Assembly: GCA_023262145.1 (NCBI GenBank)
Contig: JALRDR010000147.1
Coordinates: forward strand, 1-35,562
Length of the DNA: 35,562 nt
Source of the DNA: Planctomycetaceae bacterium
GTDB lineage: Bacteria > Planctomycetota > Planctomycetia > Planctomycetales > Planctomycetaceae
Direction: 5' to 3'
Shown here: positions 34,675-35,562 of the stretch, one piece after another
Layout: each line of letters starts with the position of its first letter
Position numbering within the stretch: position 1 is the stretch's first letter
Position numbers and translations under genes: made by a program
The notes under the pieces: model-generated
Databases searched by the model: none
What the model was told of the DNA's origin: nothing
What the model saw: the letters and a program-made list of their open reading frames with translations, nothing else

Positions 34675-35484
34675 CATCAAATCCTGAAAAGAATGAGCGA
34701 ACGCCGACATCCCGCACTCTTCATGCAGCCGCTGGACCACAACAAACAAGAATCGCCCTGCTGTACATTAGAACATACAACTGGTGTTTGACAGGTTGAC
34801 TGAGCGATTTTCCGGGCCGAGCCGGAATGCATCCAAGAGATCGGAGGAATACGCTTCGTTGGCCGATCAATCTCACTGAAAATCCATAATCCCCCAACTG
34901 TTTTTGTGAATTTGCGGCATCCCGCATGAGTTTTGCGGGCGATCGGATTCTGGAAATCCGAGGAAGCTTCCCTGAGCGGGCTGCAAACCTGAACCTTCGT
35001 GGGATTGCCACGGTTGTAGAGACGTTGTGTTCCGGGACGGTTTCCTGCCGGGATTTGCTTCTGTTTTCGCGAAAAAATGGGGCCAATTGCAGAGCATCCA
35101 GGATGAGTCTAGAATTCGGCGAGATGCGTCAGCACCAAAGTCGCCTGCCGACCGGGCAGCAAAACCTCCTTTTCCCGTCGGCGGCGTGCTTGCGGAATGG
35201 TCCGCGTGCAGCGAAGTCAGCAGACAGCCATTTTCCGTTGCGGGCTGGTTCAGCATTTTTGCCCCTTTTTTGTATGCGGTGGACTTCGATTGGAATTCCG
35301 CAGCAGGGAAGTGGCAATTTGCGGCGTCTGGATACCCCCAGCAGGCTGCCTTGCTCCTGCAGACGGCTGATGCTGATTCATACTGGCTTTCCGTCCTGTC
35401 AGACAAACGGCTGTGACAATCCAGTGACTCAATCGTTCTGGTTGCTCAGCTGATTACTTCAGATTGCAGAATTCGGTGGAAGAA

Positions 35485-35562
35485 ATGCGTCCAGTGCTCA
35501 GAGTGTTTTCCCTGCTGTCCCTCGTTTTTATCATTTCCTGTCAGCCTGCGGCGGAAACGCCC
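35485..35562 (+). CDS. 5' end of a secreted protein or lipoprotein (partial, runs off the window)
   Basis: ATG at 35485 follows GGTGGAAGAA. MRPVLRVFSLLSLVFIISCQPAAETP shows a basic n-region, a hydrophobic core and a lipobox-like IISC. Confidence 0.4.
   Translation, partial: MRPVLRVFSLLSLVFIISCQPAAETP

Noticed and set aside
34873-35453. The overlapping 177-aa (-) and 175-aa (+) ORFs in the 3' non-coding stretch
   Set aside because: They are mutually exclusive and cover the same DNA on opposite strands. Both products are Cys/Trp/Arg/Ser-rich with no motif, signal or TM logic. I treat them as non-coding pending a search.
1-35562. A search for CRISPR arrays, IS elements, transposases, integrases, phage genes, toxin-antitoxin pairs and known defence-system hallmarks
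   Set aside because: I saw no regularly spaced direct repeats. No DDE, serine- or tyrosine-recombinase motifs turned up, and there are no small paired ORFs of the TA type. I also found no helicase, nuclease or ATPase signatures outside the housekeeping genes listed.

Overview
This is a 35.6-kb bacterial chromosomal window of moderately high GC (about 55-60% by eye). Its style looks Planctomycetota-like, which is inference only: very large hypothetical proteins with a signal peptide and TM anchor, scattered tad-pilus genes, a TlpA-type redoxin, and a di-haem peroxidase fused to a beta-propeller.

Ordinary content on the + strand is the 3' part of a NuoM/MnhD-like antiporter subunit, a SulP/STAS anion transporter, an aldo-keto reductase, asnB, ileS, yggS, a putative beta-barrel protein, tadE-like, cpaB, tadG-like, a TlpA-like redoxin, argJ, DUF1990 and a nagA-like gene. 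On the - strand are the peroxidase, two giant envelope proteins, a suhB-like IMPase, a sugar-phosphate isomerase/epimerase and an Rrf2 regulator. I found no rRNA, tRNA, CRISPR array, transposase or integrase.

Stand-outs:
1. A 9.8-kb, translationally coupled pair of giant proteins (1129 and 2140 aa) with no family motif I recognise. They are built from three paralogous modules (signal peptide or anchor, ~1000-aa ectodomain, TM anchor), two of which are fused in one ORF.
2. A SulP-STAS transporter carrying a C-terminal PII-like domain, directly downstream of a NuoM/DabB-type subunit.
3. An orphan tadE-cpaB-tadG block, probably co-transcribed with a TlpA-like redoxin and closed by a clear intrinsic terminator.
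4. The first ~170 nt are an in-frame, compositionally foreign PyrB-like fragment, likely a chimeric junction.
5. Several small repeat or palindrome elements, and a ~0.9-kb apparently non-coding stretch at the 3' end.

All family calls come from motif recognition by eye. No database search was run.
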